IMG/VR virus record: IMGVR_UViG_3300036790_000129
Span: 1-59,416 of that record
Source of the DNA: a virus
Taxonomy: Duplodnaviria; Caudoviricetes
DNA: 59,416 nt
Reading direction: 5' to 3' (one strand)
Positions 29,060 to 39,031 of this stretch are shown in pieces. The first letter of the stretch is position 1, and every line of letters begins with the position of its first letter. Both the position numbers and the translations under genes were made by a program. Under the pieces are notes generated by a model. It did not search any database, had not been told where the DNA came from, and worked only from the letters and a program-made list of their open reading frames with translations.

Positions 29060-29377
29060 TCAGTCTCCGTTGATCCACTGGATCAGTACGTCGCGCGATT
29101 TCAGGCATTCACCCGCCACGCCGGCCGCGACGGTATAAAGCAGAGTGGCCGCTTGGGCCTGCTGGCTGGATGGCAGTTTACTGATTGCTTGGGGCGGCGG
29201 CGGCGGCGCGATGGCTTGCATGGCTGCTACCGGCTTTTCCCGCTGTGGCGGCTGGATGGCTGGCAGTACCAAAGGCGGTCTGGTAGGCACGCTGGTACAG
29301 GCCGTCAGCATCAGGAGTGAAAGCACAAGTGCCCACCGGGAGGGCCTTGATGCCAGCCTTGATTTGATCGAGCTCAT
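29060..29377 (-). CDS. o-spanin (Rz1-like lipoprotein)
   Basis: Signal peptide with lipobox LMLTA-C; Pro-rich; overlaps the i-spanin gene in another frame. Confidence 0.8.
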   Translation of the reverse strand: MSSIKSRLASRPSRWALVLSLLMLTACTSVPTRPPLVLPAIQPPQREKPVAAMQAIAPPPPPQAISKLPSSQQAQAATLLYTVAAGVAGECLKSRDVLIQWINGD

Positions 29378-29651
29378 GATCTTGTGTCCCCAGAGAGTTA
29401 ACCAGTCCCGCAATACTGGATTCCGTGACTTGATTTTTCGTGTTGATTGTAGCAGCCAGATTGTTGCTTGCGTTGATGACGCCATTGAACTGCTGCGACA
29501 TCAGGCCGATGTCCGCTTGGGTAGAACGTAGCTGTTTCGAGTCGTCATGCCAGCCACGGACGTGCCAACCGCCGAAACCACTGATGACAACGAGAATCAG
29601 CATGGCGGCAAGGATGCCGAGGATCTTGTAAGGCGTGAGGGTGAAAGGCAT
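29178..29651 (-). CDS. i-spanin (Rz-like)
   Basis: N-terminal TM, GWHVRGW, coiled coil, C-terminal Cys. Confidence 0.8.
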   Translation of the reverse strand: MPFTLTPYKILGILAAMLILVVISGFGGWHVRGWHDDSKQLRSTQADIGLMSQQFNGVINASNNLAATINTKNQVTESSIAGLVNSLGTQDHELDQIKAGIKALPVGTCAFTPDADGLYQRAYQTAFGTASHPAATAGKAGSSHASHRAAAAAPSNQ

Positions 29652-29656
29652 GACTG

Positions 29657-30013
29657 TTATCTCGGGTTGACCACATCAAGCAGGACATCATCGCCACGCA
29701 AGATCGCTTCGGCGATGGGCTGATGGAACATGGCATGAGCTTCGTTCTGTTTCAGGACAACGGTATCCCGGGTACTCATGCCATAGACGATCTCGCGCCC
29801 GAGGACAATGCCATGCCGGTGTGGTACACCCTCCACGAGAATGTCGTCACCACGCAAGATCATGGGGTACTGTCCTTCAGGAATGGCCGTTTCGCCGCGT
29901 GTCTGGAACATCGGCATGGGTGGTTCCAGTGTTGAGCACTGGATATCACCCATCGACATCTGACCAAAGGTCATGCGACTGGAGGCGAACGTGCGGCGGA
30001 TCGTGACGATCAC
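29657..30013 (-). CDS. Degenerate DUF5675-like protein
   Basis: IRR...TFG...CSTLEPP...ETAIPEGQY...GVP; family His/Cys segment not seen. Confidence 0.55.
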   Translation of the reverse strand: MIVTIRRTFASSRMTFGQMSMGDIQCSTLEPPMPMFQTRGETAIPEGQYPMILRGDDILVEGVPHRHGIVLGREIVYGMSTRDTVVLKQNEAHAMFHQPIAEAILRGDDVLLDVVNPR

Positions 30014-30393
30014 ATGAGTTCCTTGGCAATGGCCAACATGATGTTGATGACGATGATTGCGGCAATGGAAGCAGTCACGAACTTGGCGTGACTGCGTTCC
30101 ATTTTTCCGATGCGTTGCTCATGCTCCTTCTCATCACACAAGGATGGTTTGTGTGCTGACACTTCAAGCATTTCCAACCGGATATCGAGGTTTACGATGG
30201 TCTGTTCCATCTGGCGCTGGGTATCGGCCATCTTGGAGAATTCATCGATCTTGCCAAGTACACGCTCCAGTTTGATCGCTGTCTCACGCGAATCACGTGC
30301 TGCAATAACTTGTGCTTCGCGCACATCCTTCATGCTCGACTGGATATCTTCGATACGCTGTAGCAATACCTGATACACGATATCATCGCTCAT
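30010..30393 (-). CDS. Coiled-coil protein with C-terminal TM helix
   Basis: Within lysis cassette; FVTASIAAIIVINIMLAIA. Confidence 0.65.
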   Translation of the reverse strand: MSDDIVYQVLLQRIEDIQSSMKDVREAQVIAARDSRETAIKLERVLGKIDEFSKMADTQRQMEQTIVNLDIRLEMLEVSAHKPSLCDEKEHEQRIGKMERSHAKFVTASIAAIIVINIMLAIAKELM

Positions 30394-30890
30394 GGTTGCA
30401 CCCCACACGTTGAAGTTGGATAGGGTGTACCAATCAGGCACAACTGACACTCATCGTATCGACGTTTGGCCAGTCCCGAGAGATACTTTTTGGCAGCCGT
30501 GGTGTAATTGAGCAAGGCGGGACAGCCTTGTGCGAGATTGCCTGCATTGATGTCACGCCATGCGATCGAAGCCAGTAGTGTTCTCTCACCCTCGTTGTAG
30601 GCAAAGTCGGCCAAGGCAGCTATGCGCGTCTCAGGTTGCGCTTTCTTCACGTGCGCCTTGACGAAGATCACCCGTTCGTTCATGGCGCCCGAGAACATGA
30701 CCTGACATTCAGCCAAGGTCTGGGTCATGCCCATGAATACGCCGTGGGTTTCGCCCATGCAGATCGTGGGCGTGCCATTGCCTGGATCGTGATAGGCCGT
30801 CAGGCGCGTGCCCTCATAGGTACTGCCCAACGCCAAGGCAATGGACAGCGCCAATGCACCGGGTCGGACGAATCTATTCGTCGTCGCCAT
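30390..30890 (-). CDS. SAR endolysin (GH24 lysozyme)
   Basis: Ala/Leu-rich N-terminal SAR segment then YEG...AYHD...TICMG; FAYNEG; GLAKRR. Confidence 0.9.
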   Translation of the reverse strand: MATTNRFVRPGALALSIALALGSTYEGTRLTAYHDPGNGTPTICMGETHGVFMGMTQTLAECQVMFSGAMNERVIFVKAHVKKAQPETRIAALADFAYNEGERTLLASIAWRDINAGNLAQGCPALLNYTTAAKKYLSGLAKRRYDECQLCLIGTPYPTSTCGVQP

Positions 30891-31086
30891 GCAGTTTCTC
30901 CTGACGGATGTAGCTGGCCACGATCGAGGCGATGAAGATCACCATGGCCAGTCCGCAGACAGCCCACACCGGAATCACGTTGTACCACGCAGCCGCACCA
31001 CCACTCAGGGACACAGCAGCGCCAAGGCCGTTGAGCCATGTACTCCAGCGTTTCTTGATCTGCTTGTGGTTATAGACAAGCCTCAT
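30874..31086 (-). CDS. Holin/pinholin
   Basis: 70 aa, two TM segments, directly upstream of the endolysin. Confidence 0.7.
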   Translation of the reverse strand: MRLVYNHKQIKKRWSTWLNGLGAAVSLSGGAAAWYNVIPVWAVCGLAMVIFIASIVASYIRQEKLHGDDE

Positions 31087-31095
31087 GATGTCCCC

Positions 31096-31791
31096 CTACG
31101 ATGACTTGAGTGCAAGGATGCCGCAGATGCCATACGTACCGTTCGCGACAGCCGAGAATGATCCTTGTTGCGTAACGGTACTGGTTTCCAATCCGGTGGC
31201 ACACGAGATACCAAGCCCTGTCGCGGTGGTTGCGAGTGATCCAAGCAAGGTCAATGTGTTTGCCGTACCACTCTGTGGATAGGTTTCCGCGTCGATCAGG
31301 CAAAAGGCAATCAGGATGTCATTGGCATTCGTGGTGGTAATGTTGCCCGAGACATATGGTCCATCGTTGGACGTAACGCTCGTCGCCATGGCGTGTCCAT
31401 CTTGCGGACTGGAGGTGGCGACACCTTTCAATTCCACGGCGTAGATACTGTTATAGCTTCCCGAAGAAGCCGCCTCAAAAGTGTGACCCGATCCACCGAC
31501 ACCATTCACGCAGATATACATGCCGGCACTGATGGTATCAGGCACGTTGGATACCACTGATCCTACCAACGTATACATATTGCCTTTATTGTCGGTGATC
31601 GTGAAAGCCGTCTCGACTGGATAGCATCCGGCGAACACCACAAAGGTTGATCCCGTAGCTTGCGTCGTAACTGCCGTCGTAGTGACGTTGGCGGCATGAG
31701 CCAGCTTGCTCGCGCTGACACCCACACTGATATTGTTTGACGCCGAACGTTGCGTATTCGTGGCCAGCGCAATGAGTTGAGCGAGGTTCAC
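31096..31791 (-). CDS. Tail fibre-associated / receptor-binding beta protein
   Basis: T/S/G-rich; ITDNKGN.YT motif; follows fibre gene. Confidence 0.6.
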   Translation of the reverse strand: MNLAQLIALATNTQRSASNNISVGVSASKLAHAANVTTTAVTTQATGSTFVVFAGCYPVETAFTITDNKGNMYTLVGSVVSNVPDTISAGMYICVNGVGGSGHTFEAASSGSYNSIYAVELKGVATSSPQDGHAMATSVTSNDGPYVSGNITTTNANDILIAFCLIDAETYPQSGTANTLTLLGSLATTATGLGISCATGLETSTVTQQGSFSAVANGTYGICGILALKSS

Positions 31792-33473
31792 GCGCGGTCG
31801 CCCGTGCAGGTATATGCCGTGCTGGAGGTATCACAGATCAAGCCGATGATCGCGCCCTGACCAAAAGTCTTGAGTGATTTGCTGGTGGCGATGGTGACGC
31901 CTGATCCGGCCACCACGGTGACTTGGCCTGCGCCATTCTGCTCGACGGCCACTACTTGTCCTTGGGTGAACGTGCTGGCATTCACCGTCAAGGTCACCGC
32001 CGTGGCACTCGTAAACTGCACCACGTTGCCGGCATCGCTGGCCTGCAATGTGTAGTTACCCGACTGCACGTTGTAAGTGATCGTCGCCCCGGAAGGTCCG
32101 GTTGGACCCGTGGGACCACTCGGACCTGTCGTCCCCGTCGGCCCGGGCGATCCGGTCGTACCGGTTGGACCCGGACTACCCGTGGGACCGGTGCCACCAG
32201 CCGCACCAGTCGCTCCCGTTGGTCCTGTGGTTCCGGTGGGACCGGTCGGGCCCGCACCGCCCGTGGCACCCACAATACCGCCGGAGGAAACGCCAGCGCC
32301 CGAAGTGATGGTCGAAGTCGGTGAAGCGTTGCCGGCGTACCCCAGATTGGTCAGTACCATCACGGTTCCGCTGGTAATGGATGCCACGCTGTAATAGCCG
32401 CCCGTGGCTACATACAGGATCTGACCGGCTACCATCCATGCCGTTGAGGCAACTGTTGCGCTGACATTCGAGGAAACCGCTGGCTGAGTGAAGTTGGCCG
32501 TAGTCGTGGTGTAAGCCGCCGCACCTGCCGAGCCACTTGGCCCGGTAGGTCCTGTGCTACCCGCTGGGCCGGTTGGACCCGGTACTGTCGAAGCAGGCCC
32601 GGTTGGGCCTGCAGGACCGGTCGGGCCGGTGGTTCCGGGGGAGCCCGTCGGGCCTGTAGAACCTGCTGATCCGGAAGGGCCCGTGGGACCGGTAATGCCT
32701 TCCAGCCCCGCCGAGGTCACGGTTTTGCCAGTCGTGATCGTGGAACCTGACGAGGTATTGCCGGCATAACCAAGATTGGTCAGCACGGCGTGCGTGCTAT
32801 TGGTGATCGAGGACACACTGTAGTAGCCACCACCGGAAACATAGAGAACTTGTCCCACGGCCATCCATGCAGTAGCCAGCACAGTGACTGAGACTGTCGA
32901 ACCTGAGGTGGGTTGCACGAAACTGGCATTCGTGGTGGTGTAAGCAGCGGCACCACTGGGTCCGGTCGGGCCGGCACTGCCTGCTGGGCCCGGCGAGCCT
33001 GTTGATCCTGTGGGACCACTTGGACCGGTGGGTCCCGGTGGACCACCCGGCGTGCCCGGTGTACCAGCAGCGCCCGGTGCACCCGTTGGACCTTCCAATA
33101 AAAAATCGTTGCCGACGGAATCTACCTGACCCCAGAGTACATAAGGGGATGTAAATGGATTCATCGTGTAGAGCAAAACGCCATCGAACAGTGCCGAGAA
33201 GATCAGTTTCCCTGACGCACCATTTTCAACAGTAAGGGTGATGTCACCTTGATAGACCCAGATACCACTCCCTATGGGCCGGGTGAACACAAGGATATCG
33301 TAATCCTGATCGGTAAATCCTTGCGTGAATCCCACTGTGACTTGATGCTGCGACAGGCCAGCATTGGATGGGCAATTCATCGTAAGGCTCGCTTCCGACC
33401 CTCCTTCCCAGTTTTTGCAAAGGACGGTGGTGATCGCACGCCGACGAGTGGTCTGGTCTACAGTGTTTGCCAT
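31788..33473 (-). CDS. Collagen-like tail fibre protein
   Basis: Three Gly-X-Y (GPT-rich) segments separated by two duplicated ~65-aa domains; C-terminal YTLQASDAG...QNGAGQVT fibre motif. Confidence 0.85.
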   Translation of the reverse strand: MANTVDQTTRRRAITTVLCKNWEGGSEASLTMNCPSNAGLSQHQVTVGFTQGFTDQDYDILVFTRPIGSGIWVYQGDITLTVENGASGKLIFSALFDGVLLYTMNPFTSPYVLWGQVDSVGNDFLLEGPTGAPGAAGTPGTPGGPPGPTGPSGPTGSTGSPGPAGSAGPTGPSGAAAYTTTNASFVQPTSGSTVSVTVLATAWMAVGQVLYVSGGGYYSVSSITNSTHAVLTNLGYAGNTSSGSTITTGKTVTSAGLEGITGPTGPSGSAGSTGPTGSPGTTGPTGPAGPTGPASTVPGPTGPAGSTGPTGPSGSAGAAAYTTTTANFTQPAVSSNVSATVASTAWMVAGQILYVATGGYYSVASITSGTVMVLTNLGYAGNASPTSTITSGAGVSSGGIVGATGGAGPTGPTGTTGPTGATGAAGGTGPTGSPGPTGTTGSPGPTGTTGPSGPTGPTGPSGATITYNVQSGNYTLQASDAGNVVQFTSATAVTLTVNASTFTQGQVVAVEQNGAGQVTVVAGSGVTIATSKSLKTFGQGAIIGLICDTSSTAYTCTGDRA

Positions 33474-33490
33474 GACCTAAAGAATCTCCA

Positions 33491-34096
33491 TCAGCGAAAA
33501 GCTGGACCAGTAATCCAACTCACGAGGGAGTAACGGCGCCCACGCATGATCGGAGTCACGCAGTGCGGAAGGTAGCTCGGGAAGATCATGGTGTCGCCAC
33601 GCTCGACATGCCCCGGATCAAAATCACGATTGGAGAACATGTGCAGGCGACAACCTTCATAGTCGAACGGATCAGACAGCTGGGTCACCGTGGACAGCTT
33701 GCGCAACGATGACATGGCGCCACCGATGTCCTGATGCCATTCGTACTTGCCGGGTTTTTCCGGATCGAAGTCGTAACGCAGGAACACCAGATGTTCATGC
33801 AATCCGGACAGGTCATAGCGAAAGTAATCACCATTGGCCAGTGTGGCCTTGTCACGCAGGCGTTCGTAAGCCCATGGCACCTGATGATCCATCAGTGCAC
33901 AGGTTAGAACCTGCCGGTAATCCGGATTGACGATGATTGTGTCAGGATCACCCGCACCGATCTTGCCCGGCTCCAGCGCGCTGGCCTCGCCTACACGAAT
34001 CAGCTCGGCACACTCGGGCGCCGAGAACAGGCGATTGAACCACACATAAGGTGGCGTTTCCTTTTGCTGCGGCGGAAGGATGGCAGAGACGTGCAT
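33491..34096 (-). CDS. 2OG-Fe(II) oxygenase (PKHD-type / prolyl-hydroxylase-like)
   Basis: YEWHQD (HxD), RKLS...QLSDP..YEG, IFPSYLPHCVTP (His), RYSLVSW (2OG-binding Arg). Confidence 0.92.
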   Translation of the reverse strand: MHVSAILPPQQKETPPYVWFNRLFSAPECAELIRVGEASALEPGKIGAGDPDTIIVNPDYRQVLTCALMDHQVPWAYERLRDKATLANGDYFRYDLSGLHEHLVFLRYDFDPEKPGKYEWHQDIGGAMSSLRKLSTVTQLSDPFDYEGCRLHMFSNRDFDPGHVERGDTMIFPSYLPHCVTPIMRGRRYSLVSWITGPAFR

Positions 34097-34105
34097 GAAA
34101 ATCCC

Positions 34106-34912
34106 TTATTGATTGGAAGTAAAATTCCAGTACACAGTGAAGGTCACTGTGAAAGTGCTGCCATACACGGCATCCGTCACGATGCACTGATATGTGCCAA
34201 CAATCGGCGTGTTGACATTGCTGCCCGTCAATCCAGCGGTGGCTGATGCGCCTGAGGCCGTAGGCGCACTACCTCCTCCACTAACCTTGGACCATGCGTA
34301 GGAGTAACTGCCTGATCCATAGTAGGCCGTCACCGACATGATATAGGTGGCCGAGCAACTGCTGTTAGGCGGCTTGTCGTAACTACAGCTGCCACCACTA
34401 CTTGTCCCCACTGCATGCAGTCCCTGCGGACCTTGTGCGCCACGGGGTCCGGTCGGACCGGTCGGCCCCGTGGGACCGGGCGTCGTAGAGGTTGGCCCGG
34501 TAGGACCGATGGGCCCGGTCGGACCGATGGGACCCGGTACGATAGAGGTAGGCCCGACCGGGCCGGTGGTTCCCGTAGGACCGGTCGGGCCCGTAGGACC
34601 GGTCGGCCCGATATTGCCGATCGGACCCACGGGGCTCGATCCGGTGGGGCCACGGGGTCCGGTCAAACCCGTGGGACCCCGTGGCCCGGTCGGACCGGTA
34701 GGTCCTGTGGTCGAGGATGGCGTACCCGCCGGGCCCGTGGGTCCAGTCGGGCCGGTGGGGCCGGGCGAGCCTGTGCTACCGGTGGGACCTGTTGAACCCG
34801 TCCCGCCGGGCGTGCTGGAACTGGGGCCGGTCGGACCGGTCGATCCAGTCGGCCCGGTCGGCCCGGTCGGCCCTGTTGAACCCAGTAGATAATGGCTCAG
34901 TGGTACGCTCAT
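34106..34912 (-). CDS. Collagen-like protein with C-terminal beta domain
   Basis: About 160 aa of GPT-rich triplets then a Cys/Tyr-containing beta-rich domain. Confidence 0.85.
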   Translation of the reverse strand: MSVPLSHYLLGSTGPTGPTGPTGSTGPTGPSSSTPGGTGSTGPTGSTGSPGPTGPTGPTGPAGTPSSTTGPTGPTGPRGPTGLTGPRGPTGSSPVGPIGNIGPTGPTGPTGPTGTTGPVGPTSIVPGPIGPTGPIGPTGPTSTTPGPTGPTGPTGPRGAQGPQGLHAVGTSSGGSCSYDKPPNSSCSATYIMSVTAYYGSGSYSYAWSKVSGGGSAPTASGASATAGLTGSNVNTPIVGTYQCIVTDAVYGSTFTVTFTVYWNFTSNQ

Positions 34913-34915
34913 GGT

Positions 34916-35410
34916 TTACCCCGGATTGCCGATCGGACCCGTAGGACCGGTCGGGCCCGTAGGACCGGTCGGCCCCGGGGGCCCCGCATTGCCGGTCGGC
35001 CCCGTGGGACCGGTGGGACCCGTTGGCCCGATGGGACCCGAAGGTCCGGTGGAACCGGGCGCACCCGTCGGACCCGTCGGGCCGGTCGGACCGGTCGCGC
35101 CGGGTGTCGTGGAGGCTGGGCCTTGCGGACCCGTCGCACCAGTCAAACCGGTCGGCCCGGTAGGACCCGTCGCACCGGTCGAACCCGTGGGCCCGATGGG
35201 TCCGGTGGGCCCCACGGCTCCCGGCGCACCGGTCGGGCCAGTCGGGCCGGTCGGGCCCGGTGTTGAGGAAGGGGTACCGCTGGCACCGCTCGGACCCGTC
35301 GGGCCGGTCGGACCCGGTGCTCCGGTCGGACCGGTCGCGCCGGTGGGTCCTGTGGCTCCCGTCGGCCCGGTCGGACCAAAACGCAGCAGCGTGGAGTAGT
35401 TGACTGACAT
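34916..35410 (-). CDS. Collagen-only protein (164 aa)
   Basis: [11 protein letters not shown] then Gly-X-Y triplets to the stop; GGGGT SD-like sequence before ATG 35410. Confidence 0.8.
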   Translation of the reverse strand: MSVNYSTLLRFGPTGPTGATGPTGATGPTGAPGPTGPTGPSGASGTPSSTPGPTGPTGPTGAPGAVGPTGPIGPTGSTGATGPTGPTGLTGATGPQGPASTTPGATGPTGPTGPTGAPGSTGPSGPIGPTGPTGPTGPTGNAGPPGPTGPTGPTGPTGPIGNPG

Positions 35411-35414
35411 GGCT

Positions 35415-36155
35415 TTACCCCATCGTCCGCAAGCGCCAACCGTAGGCCGAGCCCGCCCAGAACAACGAGACGGATGCATTCTGCACGTCGAAATTGATCG
35501 TGGCGTTCGAGGTTCCCTCGATGAACTGGCCACTGGCCGCGTTGAGCGTGACCAACTGGCTGCCGGTGAGCGAACCACCCACCAGTGTGATGTTGATCGG
35601 CGAATTTCCCATCGTGGTTTCGGTGGGCAGGTTGATGATGATGTTGCCCGCCGTGGAGTCCACGGCGTAGGAGCCACCGTCAAGTGCCGTGATCGTGGCC
35701 GGTCCGGTGGTGACGCTGGCATACGCGGCGAAATACAGGCTGCCGAAGTTGGCAATGTCGGTGGTGTGCGCCAGATCCGTCGAGCCGAACGATGCGCCCG
35801 AGGTATAGGACGAGTTCACGTAGTACAGGCTGCCATTGGGCGCCGCATTGAAGGCGTCTCCCACGGCATACAGCGTGGAAGCGGTCCATGCACCGCGCAC
35901 ATTCAGTGGTGTATTGGCCAACAGTGGCTGACCGTTCGCATCGAACTTCAACCATTTGTTGACACGCGAAGCCGCTGCCGGAAGATCCGTCAGTGTTTCG
36001 CCAGTCGGCGCCTTGATCGCCCGGTTGGTGTCGGCATACACACCATCGAAACCGCTCTGCACACCCTGAAGTTCGGTATCGACGGATTCAGAGCGTGCAG
36101 TCTGGCCCGGTTGGCCAGAGAAGTTATCCTGATAATACGGGTTGCTGACAGGCAT
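35415..36155 (-). CDS. Tail fibre attachment / proximal fibre protein
   Basis: MPVSNPYY...[10 protein letters not shown]...GFD; [14 protein letters not shown]; TGATG overlap with upstream gene. Confidence 0.7.
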   Translation of the reverse strand: MPVSNPYYQDNFSGQPGQTARSESVDTELQGVQSGFDGVYADTNRAIKAPTGETLTDLPAAASRVNKWLKFDANGQPLLANTPLNVRGAWTASTLYAVGDAFNAAPNGSLYYVNSSYTSGASFGSTDLAHTTDIANFGSLYFAAYASVTTGPATITALDGGSYAVDSTAGNIIINLPTETTMGNSPINITLVGGSLTGSQLVTLNAASGQFIEGTSNATINFDVQNASVSLFWAGSAYGWRLRTMG

Positions 36156-38308
36156 CACTGATTCCCCGTGTTGCGGTTGATGATGCGCGGCGACCATTGC
36201 AGTGATGCACCATAGATGGTGGACGCCGCATCGGTGTTGCTGTTTCCAGCAAAGAAAAGGCCAATGTTGTAGCCCTCACCTTCGACCTTCATGATGGCCT
36301 GTGCGTATTGCGCGGCATCCCATATGAATTCATCCCACAATGCCACATCCCAGAAACCACCGTTGCCGTTGAAATCCAGTGACTGGTTGACTTGACCAGA
36401 ACGATTTCCGTAGTCGTAATCGACTGACATGCTGAGCGACATCGGCCCTTCCGGCGACAGGTCAACTTGAATGCGCCGATATCGCTTGAACGTGTCGGGT
36501 GATTTCGAGGCATCGTAGGCAAGACGCAGGAAGTGCATGATGTTCTGGCCGTCGAAGCTGTTGCCACGATCCATGGCATAGACATAACCATTCACGTCGC
36601 CCATGCAAGCAAATTCCACCTGCACGCCATGAGCAACATCCTGAATATACCCACCCCAGAAGCCACTAGGCACATGAACCACTTCACCCGAGGTCCAACC
36701 GCTGAATTTTCCAGCCGCATTCATGCCTAGACACATCACCGTTCCGGAAGCGAACATCAGCCGATACAGATTCTTCTGACGCGTGGTGACCGCGCCGACA
36801 GGTGTGTCACCGTACACAAGGTCAGGGATCAGCGAAAGGATCAGATCGGATAAGCTCTGTGCCTCGAAATTGCCGTACTGCGATGTGGCGGCCGCACTGG
36901 TGAAGCCACGATCTTCCATGAACACGATCTGCCCGGGATTTTCATCCGTGTTGGCGACCGAACCGGCGTTCGGCGAGTAGATCTGGATCTGGAACAATTC
37001 AACTGAAATGCCAGTCAGCGTCCACAAGCGGCGCCGGGTGCCGATGATGAGGGTCTGCGAGATATCCTCACGCAGGAACGTCACATCCTCGCCAACCAGT
37101 CGCATTGACGCACCGAACACGGCATTCCAGTTCAAGGGTAGCTGATAGCCGGAGTTCTGCAGGCTACCTCCCGCGAAACTGTAGAACAGGTAACTGGCAT
37201 GGACTTCGAGATTAGTAGGAATATCCGGCGAGTTTCCTGTCTCGATCAACACGAACGTGTTGGTTACTTGGTCGTATTCAAAACCATTGCCAACACCATT
37301 GATGCCATACAGTCGAAAGCCGGTGATTGGATTTTGCACGGCATTGAAGTTGTAGGTACGGAACTTGTAATAGCCGCCCGGAGGAATAACCTGTGCCGCG
37401 CTGGACAGGTAATTCATGTAGGTTACGCCAGCTACCTGCAACGCTTCGCCGGCTACAGGTGTACCGGTAATCGACGCCACGATGAAATAGCCTGCTGCAT
37501 CCGTGCCCCACGTGCCGGTCATGGCGTTGATACGCTTGACTGTCATGGTCGCACCCGAGGTGGCGCCCGTCAGGAACGTTCCTTCAGCGGGGGCATCCAT
37601 ATTTCCGTCACTGTAGATACCGGTATCGAAGTAGACCTTGGTGCCAAGTTCGATCTTTACCCAGCCACTATTGCTGGACTGCCACATGTCCACCGCCGTG
37701 CCGGCTGCGTTATTACGAAAAGCGTAGACGTAGTCGAGGTAGGGATGAGCGCCAAGCACGGGACCACTGGACGCCGCACCCCCGACTGGTCCAATGAAAG
37801 ACTGGAAATACAAGTATTTTTGCAACTCGTATTCAGTGGTCAGCGCCGTAGTGATACCCGAATCATTGCCCGGCGTGCCAATGCTTGTTGTTGTTCCGGC
37901 AGAGGAGGTGATGGTCGATCCCTTGCCGATAAAGGTTCCAGTGACCAGTACCAGCACAAGTACGCTGTTGATCACATCTACATAGGCGACAACGCCTGTT
38001 GCGCCAGAACCCGACTCGGTGCACACGACACCGGGTGCCGGATTGTAACCCGTACCCACAGCGAGAGATATGTACAGTTCCTGCGAAGGACTAGGCTGAC
38101 CACTGAATCGCTCATAGCCGTCCCAGCGGCGGTAACCACCACGCACGCCGGGCTCGTAGTTCAACACGCCAAGCAGCTGACCGGGTAGCACCATGGATGG
38201 TGGGTCCATGATGTTCAGACCACCATTGAACGCATATGCGTCCGCCACCTTGATGTCGGTCTTGAGAGTCAGCGCCCCCGATGATCGCAGTGCGGTGGCC
38301 AGATCCAT
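36155..38308 (-). CDS. Podovirus tail nozzle / DNA stabilisation protein
   Basis: 717 aa beta-rich; FNGGLN...YRRWDGYERF; FWDVALWDEFIWD; follows adaptor gene. Confidence 0.7.
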   Translation of the reverse strand: MDLATALRSSGALTLKTDIKVADAYAFNGGLNIMDPPSMVLPGQLLGVLNYEPGVRGGYRRWDGYERFSGQPSPSQELYISLAVGTGYNPAPGVVCTESGSGATGVVAYVDVINSVLVLVLVTGTFIGKGSTITSSAGTTTSIGTPGNDSGITTALTTEYELQKYLYFQSFIGPVGGAASSGPVLGAHPYLDYVYAFRNNAAGTAVDMWQSSNSGWVKIELGTKVYFDTGIYSDGNMDAPAEGTFLTGATSGATMTVKRINAMTGTWGTDAAGYFIVASITGTPVAGEALQVAGVTYMNYLSSAAQVIPPGGYYKFRTYNFNAVQNPITGFRLYGINGVGNGFEYDQVTNTFVLIETGNSPDIPTNLEVHASYLFYSFAGGSLQNSGYQLPLNWNAVFGASMRLVGEDVTFLREDISQTLIIGTRRRLWTLTGISVELFQIQIYSPNAGSVANTDENPGQIVFMEDRGFTSAAATSQYGNFEAQSLSDLILSLIPDLVYGDTPVGAVTTRQKNLYRLMFASGTVMCLGMNAAGKFSGWTSGEVVHVPSGFWGGYIQDVAHGVQVEFACMGDVNGYVYAMDRGNSFDGQNIMHFLRLAYDASKSPDTFKRYRRIQVDLSPEGPMSLSMSVDYDYGNRSGQVNQSLDFNGNGGFWDVALWDEFIWDAAQYAQAIMKVEGEGYNIGLFFAGNSNTDAASTIYGASLQWSPRIINRNTGNQ

Positions 38309-38311
38309 GAC

Positions 38312-39028
38312 TTAATCCACATAGCTTTGAGGGACGGTGGTGGTGTCGTTGCGCAGCGTGCGACCAGCAAGATTGTCAGGCAGGCAATATCCCTGCATCT
38401 TGTCCAACTGATCACTGTATTCGGCGCTGGCGCTGGTCATGATCTCTTGGGCATTCTCGCGCCCGGCGTAAATGATCTTGGCACGCTCGGTGATGATCGT
38501 GTCGAAGTTGTTCGGGATCGGACTCGTATCCGTGTCGAGCTGCATCCGGTTGCTGACCACGTAGTATTCCATCGCGAATGTAGTCAGGACAGGCATGTTG
38601 TGCGACAACCAGATATTGCCGGCTGGATCAATCGAAAAATACGTCGGCACAAGCTGCGTATTGATCGGCTTTGACAAGTAGACCTTGTAGAACTGGTTCC
38701 ACTCCATCCATGGAATTTTCTGCGCCGTGGCTAGGCCGAAATTGATCCACAGGGACTCAAGATTGTAGGACTGGATATCCGCCGCCCATACAGGCGGCGA
38801 CGTGAGCAGGCTATTGGAGGTTGCCGCGCAGGTGATCGCGATGTCTTGGACCCAGAGGAAATTCCACTGGGTCCACAGGTTCTGCAGGTACAGGTCTGAG
38901 CGTGACACCCAGTTGCAGATACGGATCAGCTCCTGATTGGTCAGGTTCTGAGTGGACTGCAGTGTGCCGCCCGCAATGCCGAGATCAGCCACGATGTCCT
39001 TGCACAGCGCGAGGTAGCTGCGCGACAT
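38312..39028 (-). CDS. Head-tail adaptor (tail tubular protein A-like)
   Basis: YLALCKDI...WNFLW...PTYFSI...DTDTSPIP; position. Confidence 0.7.
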   Translation of the reverse strand: MSRSYLALCKDIVADLGIAGGTLQSTQNLTNQELIRICNWVSRSDLYLQNLWTQWNFLWVQDIAITCAATSNSLLTSPPVWAADIQSYNLESLWINFGLATAQKIPWMEWNQFYKVYLSKPINTQLVPTYFSIDPAGNIWLSHNMPVLTTFAMEYYVVSNRMQLDTDTSPIPNNFDTIITERAKIIYAGRENAQEIMTSASAEYSDQLDKMQGYCLPDNLAGRTLRNDTTTVPQSYVD

Positions 39029-39031
39029 GGA

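Noticed and set aside
32050-35400. Repetitive GGACCGGTCGGGCC-type DNA resembling a CRISPR or tandem array, with long + strand GPV ORFs
   Set aside because: The period is 9 nt and is explained by Gly-Pro-Thr codons on the - strand; no spacers or cas genes; + strand ORFs are antisense shadows
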